The notes under the pieces: model-generated
Databases searched by the model: none
What the model saw: the letters and a program-made list of their open reading frames with translations, nothing else
What the model was told of the DNA's origin: nothing
Translations under genes and position numbers: made by a program
NCBI RefSeq assembly: GCF_035084215.1
Contig: NW_027139559.1
Location: 3,038,001 to 3,102,000 of the forward strand
From: Heptranchias perlo
Lineage: Eukaryota
Direction of reading: 5' to 3'
DNA length: 64,000 nucleotides
Shown: positions 25,601 through 35,990 of the stretch, one piece after another
Layout of the letters: every line of letters starts with the position of its first letter
How positions within the stretch are numbered: the first letter of the stretch is position 1

Positions 25601-28600
25601 TTACCAATATTGAATACAATGAGATATACCCCTTGATTTATTTTTAGTTTCTCTTCCAACACTGATATTTTATCCGCTTCCTGTACTGTGAACACGGACA
25701 CAAAGTGCTCGTTTAATAAATTCGCCATGAACTTGTTAACTATTACAGTATTAGTTGCATCTGTCTTTAATGGCTTGCATCTCACTGAGCCACACTCTTA
25801 TTCTTAATATATTCAGAAAATCATTTACTATTAGCCTTTATATTACTTGGAAGTTTTTCATTATTCCTTTTTTACAGCTATTAATATTTTCTTTGTGACC
25901 TTTTGTTGTTCTCTGTATTGTTCCCAGTCTGCTGGATTACAACTTTTCTGGGCATTGATGTAAGGTTAATATCCTACAACCGTGCTAGCAGTGAAACGTG
26001 TTTCAATAATTGTGCAGATCAGCTCAGTCAAGACAATAGGGAATCAATGAGTTGAAAAAGGGGGGAGTGGTCAGGTGAGGGGGAATTTAGAAATCTAAAC
26101 AGAAAAGTCAAGGCAATAGAGCAGTCGAGTGATTTGGGTAAAGAGAAGCAGAGTGTGACAGGAAGGGATAGAGAGTTTAACGGTAATCGCGCGTCAGTGA
26201 ATAAAGTCAAAGAAGGGAAAAAATGGTAAAAAATAAAATTAAAGGCGCTTTATCTGAATACATGAAACATGAAACATTCGTAACAAGATAAACGAATTCG
26301 TGGCACAAATAGGGATAAGTGGATTTGATAGCTTTTACAGAGACGTGGTTGAAAGGTGACCAGGATTGGGAACTAAATATTCCAAGGTAATTGACGTTTC
26401 GAAAAGACAGGCAGAACTTGGGATAGCCCTGATAATAAAGGATGACATAAGGACAGTAGTGAGAAAGGATCTTAGCTCGGAAGATCCGGAATTAGAATCA
26501 GTATGGGTGGAAATATGAAATAACAAGGGGAAGAAAACATTGCTGGGAATAGTTTATAGGCCCACTCATAGTAGCTATACCGTTTGACACATAATTAATC
26601 AAGAAATAAGATGAATTTGTAACAAAGGGAATGCAATAATCGTGGCGGACTTTAATCTTCATATGGACTGGACAATTCAAATTGGCAAAAGTAATCTGGA
26701 GGATGAGTTCATGGAATGTATTCGAGGCAGTTTTTTGAGAACAATGCATCATGGACCCAACCGGGGAACAGACTATTTTATTACAATCAGATGCGCAGTG
26801 GTGTGAAGTGTTTCGGGCTTTGCATTAGTTATGAAAGGGCCAGTGCAATGTTGGGGGTTAATGTGAAGAGTGCCCTCTGGGATGTATGATTGCAGCGGGT
26901 GAGATTGTCAATACAATAAATGAGAGTTGCAAAACCAGCTCCAAATGGCAGCACCAGTCACAGTATAACTACAGCTCAATAAGGAGCACGGTTTAAAGAT
27001 GCCCAAATTGTACATGTGGAACTCGTACACGCTTTATTCTAATATTACAAAGTATCTGCCCGAGGGAAGGAGCTCACGCAGCATCCCTTTGTCCCTGATC
27101 TTTAAGCAAGGTCCATGCGGCTGTGTCCCTCACTCAGGGAGCTGTAAATGCTGTAAATCACCCCACACATGTTGATCTGACACTGCTCCCTGTCGCAGCA
27201 TTGTACTCAGTGACTCCTCCTAGTTTTACTTCCTAAAAGTTATCTGAGAAACTCAGTCTATATGTCGCACGGGGCAGACCCGATCTTTGATATTAAGGCT
27301 CCGATAAGCACAGCAAATGGTTAATAATTGAGACTAGAACTGAAGAATATGAGCGGAGCAAACGAGTCCCTGTAACATTCCTCTTTCCACTACTTAACTG
27401 GGGAGTTCACCCGTTTAAAATAAACAAATCAAATTTTGTGCTAAAAAGGCGAACAGAGGAAACGCTTCCCAATGTTCAAAATGCTGATTCCCCAACGACA
27501 TCAACACGAAAATCAAGGTTGTGATGTCAGGTGGAATTAATGCTCATGATATCAGCAATCATAACTCTGACTGAGTTGATATCAGTAATAATCATAGGGA
27601 GCCAGCATGGAGTTGTAAAGGATATGTCACGCCTGAGGAATCTGATTGATTTTTTTAAAGAGGTGTCTAAAGTAGTAGACAGGGGAATATTTCTATGGCT
27701 GTTATTTATATGGACATCCAGAAGGCATCCGATAAAGCCCCTCATAAGAGACTGTTAGCTAAAGTTGAAGCTCGTGGAATTAATGGGAAATTATTGACTT
27801 TGTTAGGAAATTGTCTGAGGGGTAGCAGACAGAGAGTAGGGATAATGGGCAGGTACTCAAATTGGCAGTATGTGACTAGTGGTGTCCCACAGGGGCAGGG
27901 GTTGGGGCCTCAACTATTCACTGTAATTATTAACGACTTAGATGACGAGACAGAGAGCCACATATCCAAATTTGCCGATGACACAAAGACAGGCAAGATA
28001 ACAGTATGGATGGAAGCATAAAATTACAGAGAGATATTAATAGATTAAGTGAATGGGTAAAATTGTGGCAAATGGATTTCAATGTGGGCAAATGTGAGGC
28101 CATCCACTTTGGGCCGAAAAAAAAAATCAGAGTACATTCTAAATGTTGAAAAGCTCGAAACAGTGGAGCTCCAAAGAGACGGAGGCGTCCATGTGCAGAG
28201 ATCATTAAAATATCATGGACAGATACAGAACATAATCAAAAAGTTTAATGGAATTCTGGCCCTGATATCTAGAGGATTGAATATAAGGGGGTAGAATTTA
28301 TGCTACACCTAGAGAAAGCCGTGGTTAGACCACACCTGGAGAACTGTGTTCAGTTCTGGGCAATTCACCTTCGGAAGGACATATTGGCCTTGGGGGGAAT
28401 GCAGCGTAGATTTTCTAGAATGATACCTGGACTCCAAGAGTTAAATTTCGATGTGAGATTACACAAACTCGGGTTGTATTCCCTGTAATTTAGGATATTA
28501 AATGAGTGATTTGATAGAAGATTTCAAGATATTAAGGGGAATTGATAGTGTAGATCGGGAGAAACTATTTCCGCTGGTTGGGGAGTCGAGGACTAGGGGA

Positions 28601-28885
28601 CATAGTCAAAAAATTAGAGCCAGAACTTTCAGGAATGAAGTTAGGAAACGCTTCTACACGCAAAGGGTGGAGGAAGTTTGGAACTCTCTTCCACAAACGG
28701 CAGTTGATGATTGCTCAACTGTTAATTTAAAAGCTGAGATTGATAGATTTTTGTTAATCAAAGTGATTAAGTGATATGGGGCTAAGGCAAGTATCAGGAG
28801 TTAGGTCACAGATCAACCATGATTTCATTGAATGGCGAAACAAGCTCGAGGGGCTAAATGGCCTACTGCTGTTCCTAGGTTCCTA
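19680..28885. mobile_element. Patchwork of degenerate CR1 fragments on both strands (largest 23100-25190 + and 27590-28885 +)
   Basis: Repeated RT motifs (SGVPQG, KFADD, PHLEYC, FTQRVV..WN), interspersed with unclassified sequence. Confidence 0.75.
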
Positions 28886-29859
28886 TCTTACTAATTAGAT
28901 CCGAAATAATTGTCATGCTGTTAACTCTACATTGTTCCATTAATACTTCCATGTTGCCAGGTTAAGTAGATGACCAAGGTTATGAGTGACAACCTCCAGT
29001 AGATGACACATATTTTCATTGCATGATTGATGATTGTGGTGTGAATCGAATAACTGGGCCCTCGTTCCAGCGAATATCAATAACAAACAATTTGGATGGT
29101 AACGTCTGGGGAGATCATCGAGGAGTTTTTCCGCTCCGGGAGCGCGTATCGGATCATTGCCAGGCAGTGATTTACACCCCATGGAAATTAATGGTCGCAA
29201 AAACACGAGAGGGGTGCGCAATTTCACGGTTTGCACTCCGGGAATATATGTACAGGGCAGCAGCGGAAAATGCACCCTTTGACTTTTACAGAGAGACCAG
29301 TATCTGTAGAATAACTCCCCAAGTCGGCGCCGTGAGTGCCGGTAGACTCGGTTATCGTGGAGGGGTGAGAAAGAACCCGTCTCTCGTCTGATGGGAAATT
29401 TACACAATTCCAACGGGAATTTTGTTTGGTGCTTTTCAGGATGTAGTGCATGTTGTTTCAGTCAGATTTATTGCAGCTGGGGCCAAGTGTTCTGCCCATG
29501 AAGATAGACCAGCGGTGTCATCTCGAACAGACGATTGGACAGCTCCAGGCCAGATAACGGCTTTTAACAGATGAGAGCTGTTGTCGGACCTTCCAAACAC
29601 CAATAGCACCCGCACCATAAATTGTCAGGCAGTCCGTCAGATTGGACAATCCCCTTTCAACCAGCAGGGGTCCATGTTCGGCTCGATCTTATCGCTGGTG
29701 CACAAAGGTTGCATTGATTAAATGTTAAGCCGCTAAAGTCTCAATGTGAAGTAATTAAAAGCACAGATGACAGCAAGCGAGGAGAGTTATGGAATTCGCT
29801 TATGCAGCCAAAATATTACATAGAATGGGCTCCGCGGTCTGCACGTAATACACAGAAAT

Positions 29860-31370
29860 ATATAAAAGTTAGAACACGGAAACAGACAATTAGACTCAAG
29901 CAGACTGTGTCGCCGATTGCTCTCCAAACAAACGACGAGTTCTTATCACATTTACCCACCCCTTTTCCAGATCGCTAAAACCGCTTTTCTGCCTCCACCT
30001 GTCCAATCTAATTTTGAATGTTGACATAATTTATCTATGGGTTCTCGTCTTGACCCCTCAACCACTGGAAACAATCTGTTTCTATCTACCCTGTCCCATT
30101 CTTCAATCATTTTAAATATTAATATTATATCGTTCCATAATCGAAGTTGTTCCAACGAAGAAAGGCCCAATTTTCAAATCTATCATCATATTTATATTTC
30201 CTCACACGAAGCAGCATCCTAGTCAGTCTGTGTTGTAATATTCTTCCCACAGTGTGGAGCCCAATACTGCACACTGCATTGAAGCTGCATCCTAGTCAGT
30301 AGGTGCTGTAATATTCTTCCTATTGTCTGGAGCCCATTACTGCACACGGTCTTGCAGCAGCATCCTAGTCCGTCTGTGTTGTAATATTCTTCCTATAGTG
30401 TGGAGCCCAATACTGCACACAGTACTCTAACTGAGGTCTTATTAAGGTTTTATATCGGCTCATCATCACCTATTGGGTTTTATATTATGTGCCTCTTATA
30501 ATAAACCTAGAATTCCATTAGCTTTTCCATAGCATTATCAACCTGACGCGCTGCCTTTTATGTCCTGTAAACTCATATCCCCAAATCCCTCTGCTCTTCC
30601 ACAGCACTGTGCCTACTTCCATTCAGAGTATAATTGCTACTCTTGTCTTTATAAAAATGCATCAACTCACAATTACTGATATTGAATTCCATCTGCCACT
30701 TTTCAGTCCATTCCCCCATTTTATTAATATCCCTTTCCAGCTTCCTTTGGCCCTCTAAATAATTAACTATACTCCTATTTTGGGATCACGTTCAAATTTC
30801 GATACCACTTTCTCCAGTCCTAGATTCAGATCATTGGTATACGTGGTGAATGGAAGTGTCCCCAGAACCGAATTCTGTGGGATATCACTACCCAATTCCA
30901 ACTACTCTGGATATAGTGAGCTCTCTGAACCGAATCCTGTGGGATATCACTACCCACTTCCAACCACTCTGAATATAGTGAGCTCTCTGAACCGAATCCT
31001 GAGGGATATTAGTACCCACTTCCAACCACTCTGAATATAGTGAGCTCTCTGTGGGATATCACTACCCACTTCCAACCACTCTGAATATAGTGAGCTCTCT
31101 GTGGGATATCACTACCCACTTCCAACCACTCTGCATATATTGAGCTCTCTGTGGGATATCACTACCCACTTCCAACCACTCTGAATATAGTGAGCTCTCT
31201 GTGGGATATCACTACCCACTTCCTACCACTCTGAATATAGTGAGCTCTCTGTTTCCTCTCTTCTAATCTCTTTTAATCCAGTTTACCCTCCTCTCCTTAT
31301 TTCTATGCTCCATAATCTTGACATAATTTCCACTGTGGTAACTTGTTAAAGGCATTCTTAAAGTCCATGT
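29860..31370 (-). mobile_element. Antisense CR1 fragment containing an internal tandem amplification
   Basis: Minus-strand LEQLRL...FKMI..DRVDRNRLFP; RT segment around 30700-31370. Confidence 0.7.
30867..31252. repeat. 50/62-bp tandem repeat, about 7 copies
   Basis: GTGGGATATCACTACCCACTTCCAACCACTCTGAATATAGTGAGCTCTCT at 31051, 31101, 31151 and 31201; earlier copies carry an extra GAACCGAATCCT. Confidence 0.93.
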
Positions 31371-31811
31371 ATTTTGCAAACTGGATTAATAAAGGTCCAG
31401 AGGCCACAGCGCAAACCAAACTGCAGGTCCGGTGCTATTAATGCGGCTGATGCGAAGTTTGGGTTTCGTGGTTACCGCGGGGCGGCCGCTCCGTTTGTCA
31501 CCGTAAAAAATATATAGTAGTAATTATTTGAGAGAGCGCATTTTTGCTGTTTTCGATGGGTTGAACTGCCATATAAGTGCGGATATTATTCTTAATATAG
31601 CATTAAAGTGTCACCAAATTATTACACTGGGAGAAGTATGGAAGCACAATCGACGTGGATGCAAAGTTCCCAACAGAGTTCCCATGAAGCGTGTGCTCCA
31701 TATCTCCACTGATCTCTTCATGTTAATTGGATGAAGATTTCACTGGCGTGAGTGACTATGGATATAGGGGACATGATGCAACACATCACAAACCGCGAGC
31801 TATACTCACTG

Positions 31812-31867
31812 CTAATGGTCTCTCCCTCTGCCCTATGCAAATCAGCTCACGCTCTCGCGATTTATAA
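31812..31867 (+). promoter_or_regulatory. IgNAR V promoter: heptamer-like element, octamer and TATA
   Basis: CTAATGG 31812-31818, perfect ATGCAAAT 31835-31842, TTTATAA 31861-31867; about 95-150 bp upstream of the leader ATG. Confidence 0.8.
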
Positions 31868-31961
31868 GGACGGTGCTCAGATACACACGGTTACACAGCA
31901 CAGTCGGTGTTGAGGTCTGGAGTTGGCCCTGTTTAAAGTGTTCACTGCTGGTGAAGAAACA

Positions 31962-32004
31962 ATGAATATTTTCTGGGTTTCGGTCCTTTTAGCCTCGTTA
32001 CCGA
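31962..32004 (+). CDS. IgNAR: IgNAR leader exon
   Basis: MNIFWVSVLLASLP plus phase-1 donor A|GTAAGT; resembles the IgNAR leader type MNIFLLSVLLAxLP. Confidence 0.93.
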
Positions 32005-32144
32005 GTAAGTGCATTTTATTAAAGAGATTAAATATTCCTTTAATAAAACTGTGTGGCTGCCTCCAAATTGTGGAAATTTCCTTGCTTTTAACTCTTGTAT
32101 TGTTTCAGAGACGCGATGTATAAAATATATTTTTCTCCATTCAG

Positions 32145-32429
32145 ATGCCTTCAGTGGAAGAGTAGTCCAAACACCGACAACGGCAACGAAAGAGGCAGGC
32201 GAGTGGCTGACCATCAACTGCGTCTTAACTGATTCTGGCGCTGCTAAGTTTCATAGCGCAAGATGGTACCGGCAATATCCGGGTACAATAGACAAGGTAG
32301 ACATATCCATTGGCGGACGATTTGTTGAATCGTTCAACTGGGGAGTAAAGTCTTCTCTGCGAATCAACGACCTGACAGTTGAAGACAGCGCCACTTATTA
32401 CTGCAAAGCTTACTACGGACTTGGTGTAC
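32145..32429 (+). CDS. IgNAR: IgNAR V (VNAR) exon, unrearranged, with extended 3' end
   Basis: Acceptor TTCTCCATTCAG; (N)[29 protein letters not shown]...WYRQ...[10 protein letters not shown]...[25 protein letters not shown]; lacks the CDR2 strands, as VNARs do. Confidence 0.96.
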
Positions 32430-32467
32430 CACAGTAATGAATCTTGGATTCCCGTAACACATAAACT
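32430..32467 (+). other. V-side recombination signal sequence, 22-bp spacer
   Basis: CACAGTA - 22 nt - ACATAAACT. Confidence 0.9.
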
Positions 32468-32792
32468 GTACCCAAACCTCTTAAAACAAAGTTAATACAG
32501 GTTATTCTCCAGGTGGCTAAAAACTTCACGGTTAAATACTCACTGTCTCTGTCAAGCATTGGCTAATATATTAAAAACTTTGTCTATTAATTTAGGTGAT
32601 TGTTGTGTATATGTTATAATCATATTAATAATGGAACTTTGATATTTCTCCAGGATTGGGATAAGAGACTGAGAATTCTAAACATCTGCTGGGATCCCAA
32701 TATAAAGGCAATGATTTGAATTATATTTACTGTATCTTTCAATCAATATCTTGGACTATCTGAAGGGATTTCTGTGACATTTGTAGCAATGG

Positions 32793-32868
32793 ATTTCTTG
32801 TGCTGATCTGAAACGATGTGTGGCTGCAGTGACACACTGACACAGTGACTCGGGCCACGGCACAAACC
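32793..32868 (+). other. IgNAR: IgNAR D segment (32821-32840) with 12/12 RSS
   Basis: ATTTCTTGT-12-CGATGTG | TGGCTGCAGTGACACACTGA | CACAGTG-12-GCACAAACC. Confidence 0.88.
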
Positions 32869-33181
32869 TCTCCAACAGTTATTTGTTTTACTACTCGTGA
32901 AGATGACTGCTTAATGTGCTTTCTTCCTTATGGTTGTTACTTCATAAAGTTTGAAATCAATTCCAATTCGATCTTTGGTGATAATCTAGCTGAATTCCAT
33001 GATATTAAATCAAGGGATTATCTTTTTCAGTGCTACAGGAGTTCGCATTGCACATTGTAAATATCTGGTTCGACAGAAACTGACGGAAAATTAAGATAGG
33101 TTAATGACTGCAGTGTATTGGAAAGGTCATTGCATCCGTGTTGTTTTGGTGTATTTATTACCGCACCTTAATTTCAATGAC

Positions 33182-33220
33182 CCTTTTTGAAGGAGGCTGA
33201 CTGGGAGCTGAAAGACTGTG
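33182..33220 (+). other. J-side recombination signal sequence, 23-bp spacer
   Basis: CCTTTTTGA - 23 nt - GACTGTG. Confidence 0.85.
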
Positions 33221-33277
33221 GCATTTACGGTTACTGTTCCTCTATTGGAACTGGCACCGTGCTGACTGTGAACTCTG
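33221..33277 (+). CDS. IgNAR: IgNAR J segment
   Basis: IYGYCSSIGTGTVLTVNS plus G|GTAAGT; GxGT-VLTVN is a VNAR FR4 motif. Confidence 0.93.
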
Positions 33278-33949
33278 GTAAGTGACCTCTCTTGCTACTT
33301 TATCAATAAGATTTTGTTCAGAGAAGATATGAAGAATTAGCATTCTCGTTAAAATGCTCTTAAGTGCACAGGGCAATAGCCGAAACTGTTTTTGGAGGTT
33401 CGGTTAGCTTCGCTGTCAGTTTATTTGGTTTAAACTTAATAATCTTTTTCAAAAGTGATTATGCTCGAGAATAAAACGAACCTATGTTTAAATATATAAC
33501 AATCCTGTATTTAAATACATAACGAACCTCAAAACAAGCCTGTTTACCACCTATGGATCATTTAAGATGCTGATTTATATAGTTATGAATCTCGCCGGTG
33601 TGATAGTTTAAACAGTTAAAACACACCCAGCCTAGTGCTGTTATTCTCCTTAGTGAGGCGGCGCAGCATATCCCTAATATACATTATTTCTGATTCGAAG
33701 AATTAATAACATTCTGTGGCGAGGAAAGTTTGCTGCAAACAAGGAATTAATTCAACGTGTAATTTTATGAAATATTGAGTACGAATTACTTTCCCCCTCT
33801 AAAATCACCCCTTATTCAATTAAAAAAAAACTGTTAAATTAATACCGGTACCGAACCTTCGAATATATTGTCCATTCGAATCTTGACATTTGTGACCCTG
33901 GATTAACGGCGCATGCGTCACAGTGACCCAGACAGAAAACAAAATGATT

Positions 33950-34232
33950 GGGGGTGAAATTGGTCTGATCGAGGAGCGCGGAACGGGCGATAGCAAATCG
34001 GCCGCCCGTATACACCGCGTCAGATTTTCCTTTATATTGACTTGGAAAATATTCGGAATTTTCTTCCGATCAAACCAAGTAAAACGGACAGTGAAACTAT
34101 CCGAATCTCCAAAAGAGCTCGAACTATCGTTCTGTCAAATTCAGTGGAAATAAGGCCTGGCGGGGTGTAAAACAGGCCGCCGATTCGCAAGGATCCCGTG
34201 TCGCGTTACTGGCGTAGGACAATTTCATCTCC
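33950..34232. mobile_element. Possible MITE / non-autonomous DNA transposon
   Basis: Imperfect terminal inverted repeats GGGGGTGAAATTG ... CAATTTCATCTCC around a CpG-rich core. Confidence 0.4.
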
Positions 34233-34409
34233 TATACTGTAGGTCTGTGGGAGGCCTGTTTCCATGGAAGCCAGTCTCCTGGACAGTCGCATTTCGGACA
34301 ACAGAAACACTCTGTGTTTAAGATTGTGCCGAGTAGCAGAGAACATTGAAATTGCGGTGGGTTTGAGTGTGAGAAGTGAAATTCTCTTTTAATGTCTGTG
34401 TACAGAAAT

Positions 34410-34524
34410 AAATGTAAGGAGTCTTACAACACCAGGTTATCGTCCAAAAGCTGTTGGACTATAACCTGGTGTTGTAAGACTCTTTACATTTGTCCACCTC
34501 AGTCTATCACCGGCATCTGCACAT
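34410..34524. mobile_element. Tiny Penelope pLTR-end hairpin insertion
   Basis: About 38-bp inverted arms (34410-34491) of the same CTTACAACACCAGGTTAT family as 11811-12603; flanked by AGAAATAAA on both sides. Confidence 0.75.
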
Positions 34525-35040
34525 TATAGAAATAAAGTAAACATTATTGTATGCCTCGTGGAGAATCGTGAAGTCTTTGACTCACTGTTTATACATTTTA
34601 CTGTCCGTTTCCTTATTTAATTTGAAGAAACAATGTGATTGTTTGGAGCCTGAGTGTTGGTCTGATAGACTGGATATTCAGTCAGCATTTCAAAGAGAGG
34701 AGAATCCCAGAGCTGATGTGCAGAGTAAGGGGGATGTTTTTTGCCATTCCATGGTCCGGATATCGCTTGCCTGGAGATTGGACAGGTTAAGCGTCGGTGC
34801 AGATGATGGGAGGGGCGGGTCCGCATACCTGGGTACCAAGCGACACTGAATCCGAGAAAATATGTCCCTAAAAATCATAAAACATTGAAGTCGATCTACA
34901 TAATTCCATTAAATACCCCCTGGTCAGGTACAATATGGGTTAGGTAGAAAAGAAGAATGTGTTTGCATTTATAAACGCATCTTCCATGACCTCGCGACGT
35001 TCCAAAGCGCTTTACAGCCAATGAATTTGTCGAGCAAATC

Positions 35041-35990
35041 CCCCTCTACACTGTGTCATACAACACTCCCAGTTCAGGAGCACTAGGGGTCAGATAGAGG
35101 GTACAGCTCCCGCTACACTGTCCCACCAAACACTCCCAATGCAAGTACAGCACAGGATAGATACAGGGTAAAGCTCGCTCGAGAATGTCCCGTCAAACAC
35201 TCCCAGTTCAAGAGCAGTAGGGGTGAGACAGAGGATACAGCTGCCTCGCCACTGTCATACATCACTCCCAGTTCAAGAGCAGTAGGGGTTAGACAGAGGG
35301 CACAGCTTCCTCTACACTGTGTCATACAACACTCCCAGTTCAGGAGCACTAGGGGTTAGATAGAGGGTACAGCTCCCGCTATACTGTCCCACCAAACACT
35401 CCCAGTGCAAGTACAGCACAGGATAGATACAGGGTAAAGCTCGCTCGAGAATTTCCCGTCAAACACTCCCAGTTCAAGAACAGTAGGCGTTAGACAGACG
35501 GTACAGCTTCCTCTACACTGTGTCATGCAACAATCCCAGTGCAAGTACAGCACAGGATAGATACACAGTAAAGCTCCCTCTACGCTGTTAAAACAAACGG
35601 TCAGAGGGCAGGTACAGCACGGGGTTAGATCCAGAATAAACGTCCATCTACACTGTCCCATCAAACACTCCCACCGCAGGTACACGGTTAGATATAGAGC
35701 AAAGCTCCCTCCACAATGTCTATCAAATACTCCCAGGTCAGGTACAGCAAGGGTAAGATACAGAGTTACGCTCCCTCTCCGCTGTCCCATCAAACAATCC
35801 TAGAGCAGGTACAGCTCGGGTTAGATACAGAGGAAAGCTCCCTCTACACTGTCCCATCAAACACTCCCAGAGCAGGTACTGCACGGGTTCGATACAGAGT
35901 TGCGGACCCTCGACAGTCTCCCATCAAACACTCCCAGGGCAGGTACAGCTCCGGTTAGATAGAGGGTAAAGCTGCTCTACACTCTATCCA
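35041..35990. repeat. About 67-bp minisatellite in the J-C1 intron, about 14 copies
   Basis: Unit like CTACACTGTCCCATCAAACACTCCCAGGGCAGGTACAGCACGGGTTAGATACAGAGTAAAGCTCCCT; a higher-order duplication with about 266-bp period is visible. Confidence 0.93.

Noticed and set aside
33051-33081. CACATTG ... ACAGAAACT between D and J as the RSS of a second D
   Set aside because: Spacer is 15 nt, fitting neither 12 nor 22/23, and there is no matching 5' RSS
32145-33277. NAR-TCR or IgW/IgM identity for the locus
   Set aside because: No supporting TCR delta V follows, V lacks CDR2, and the five C exons match IgNAR C1-C5
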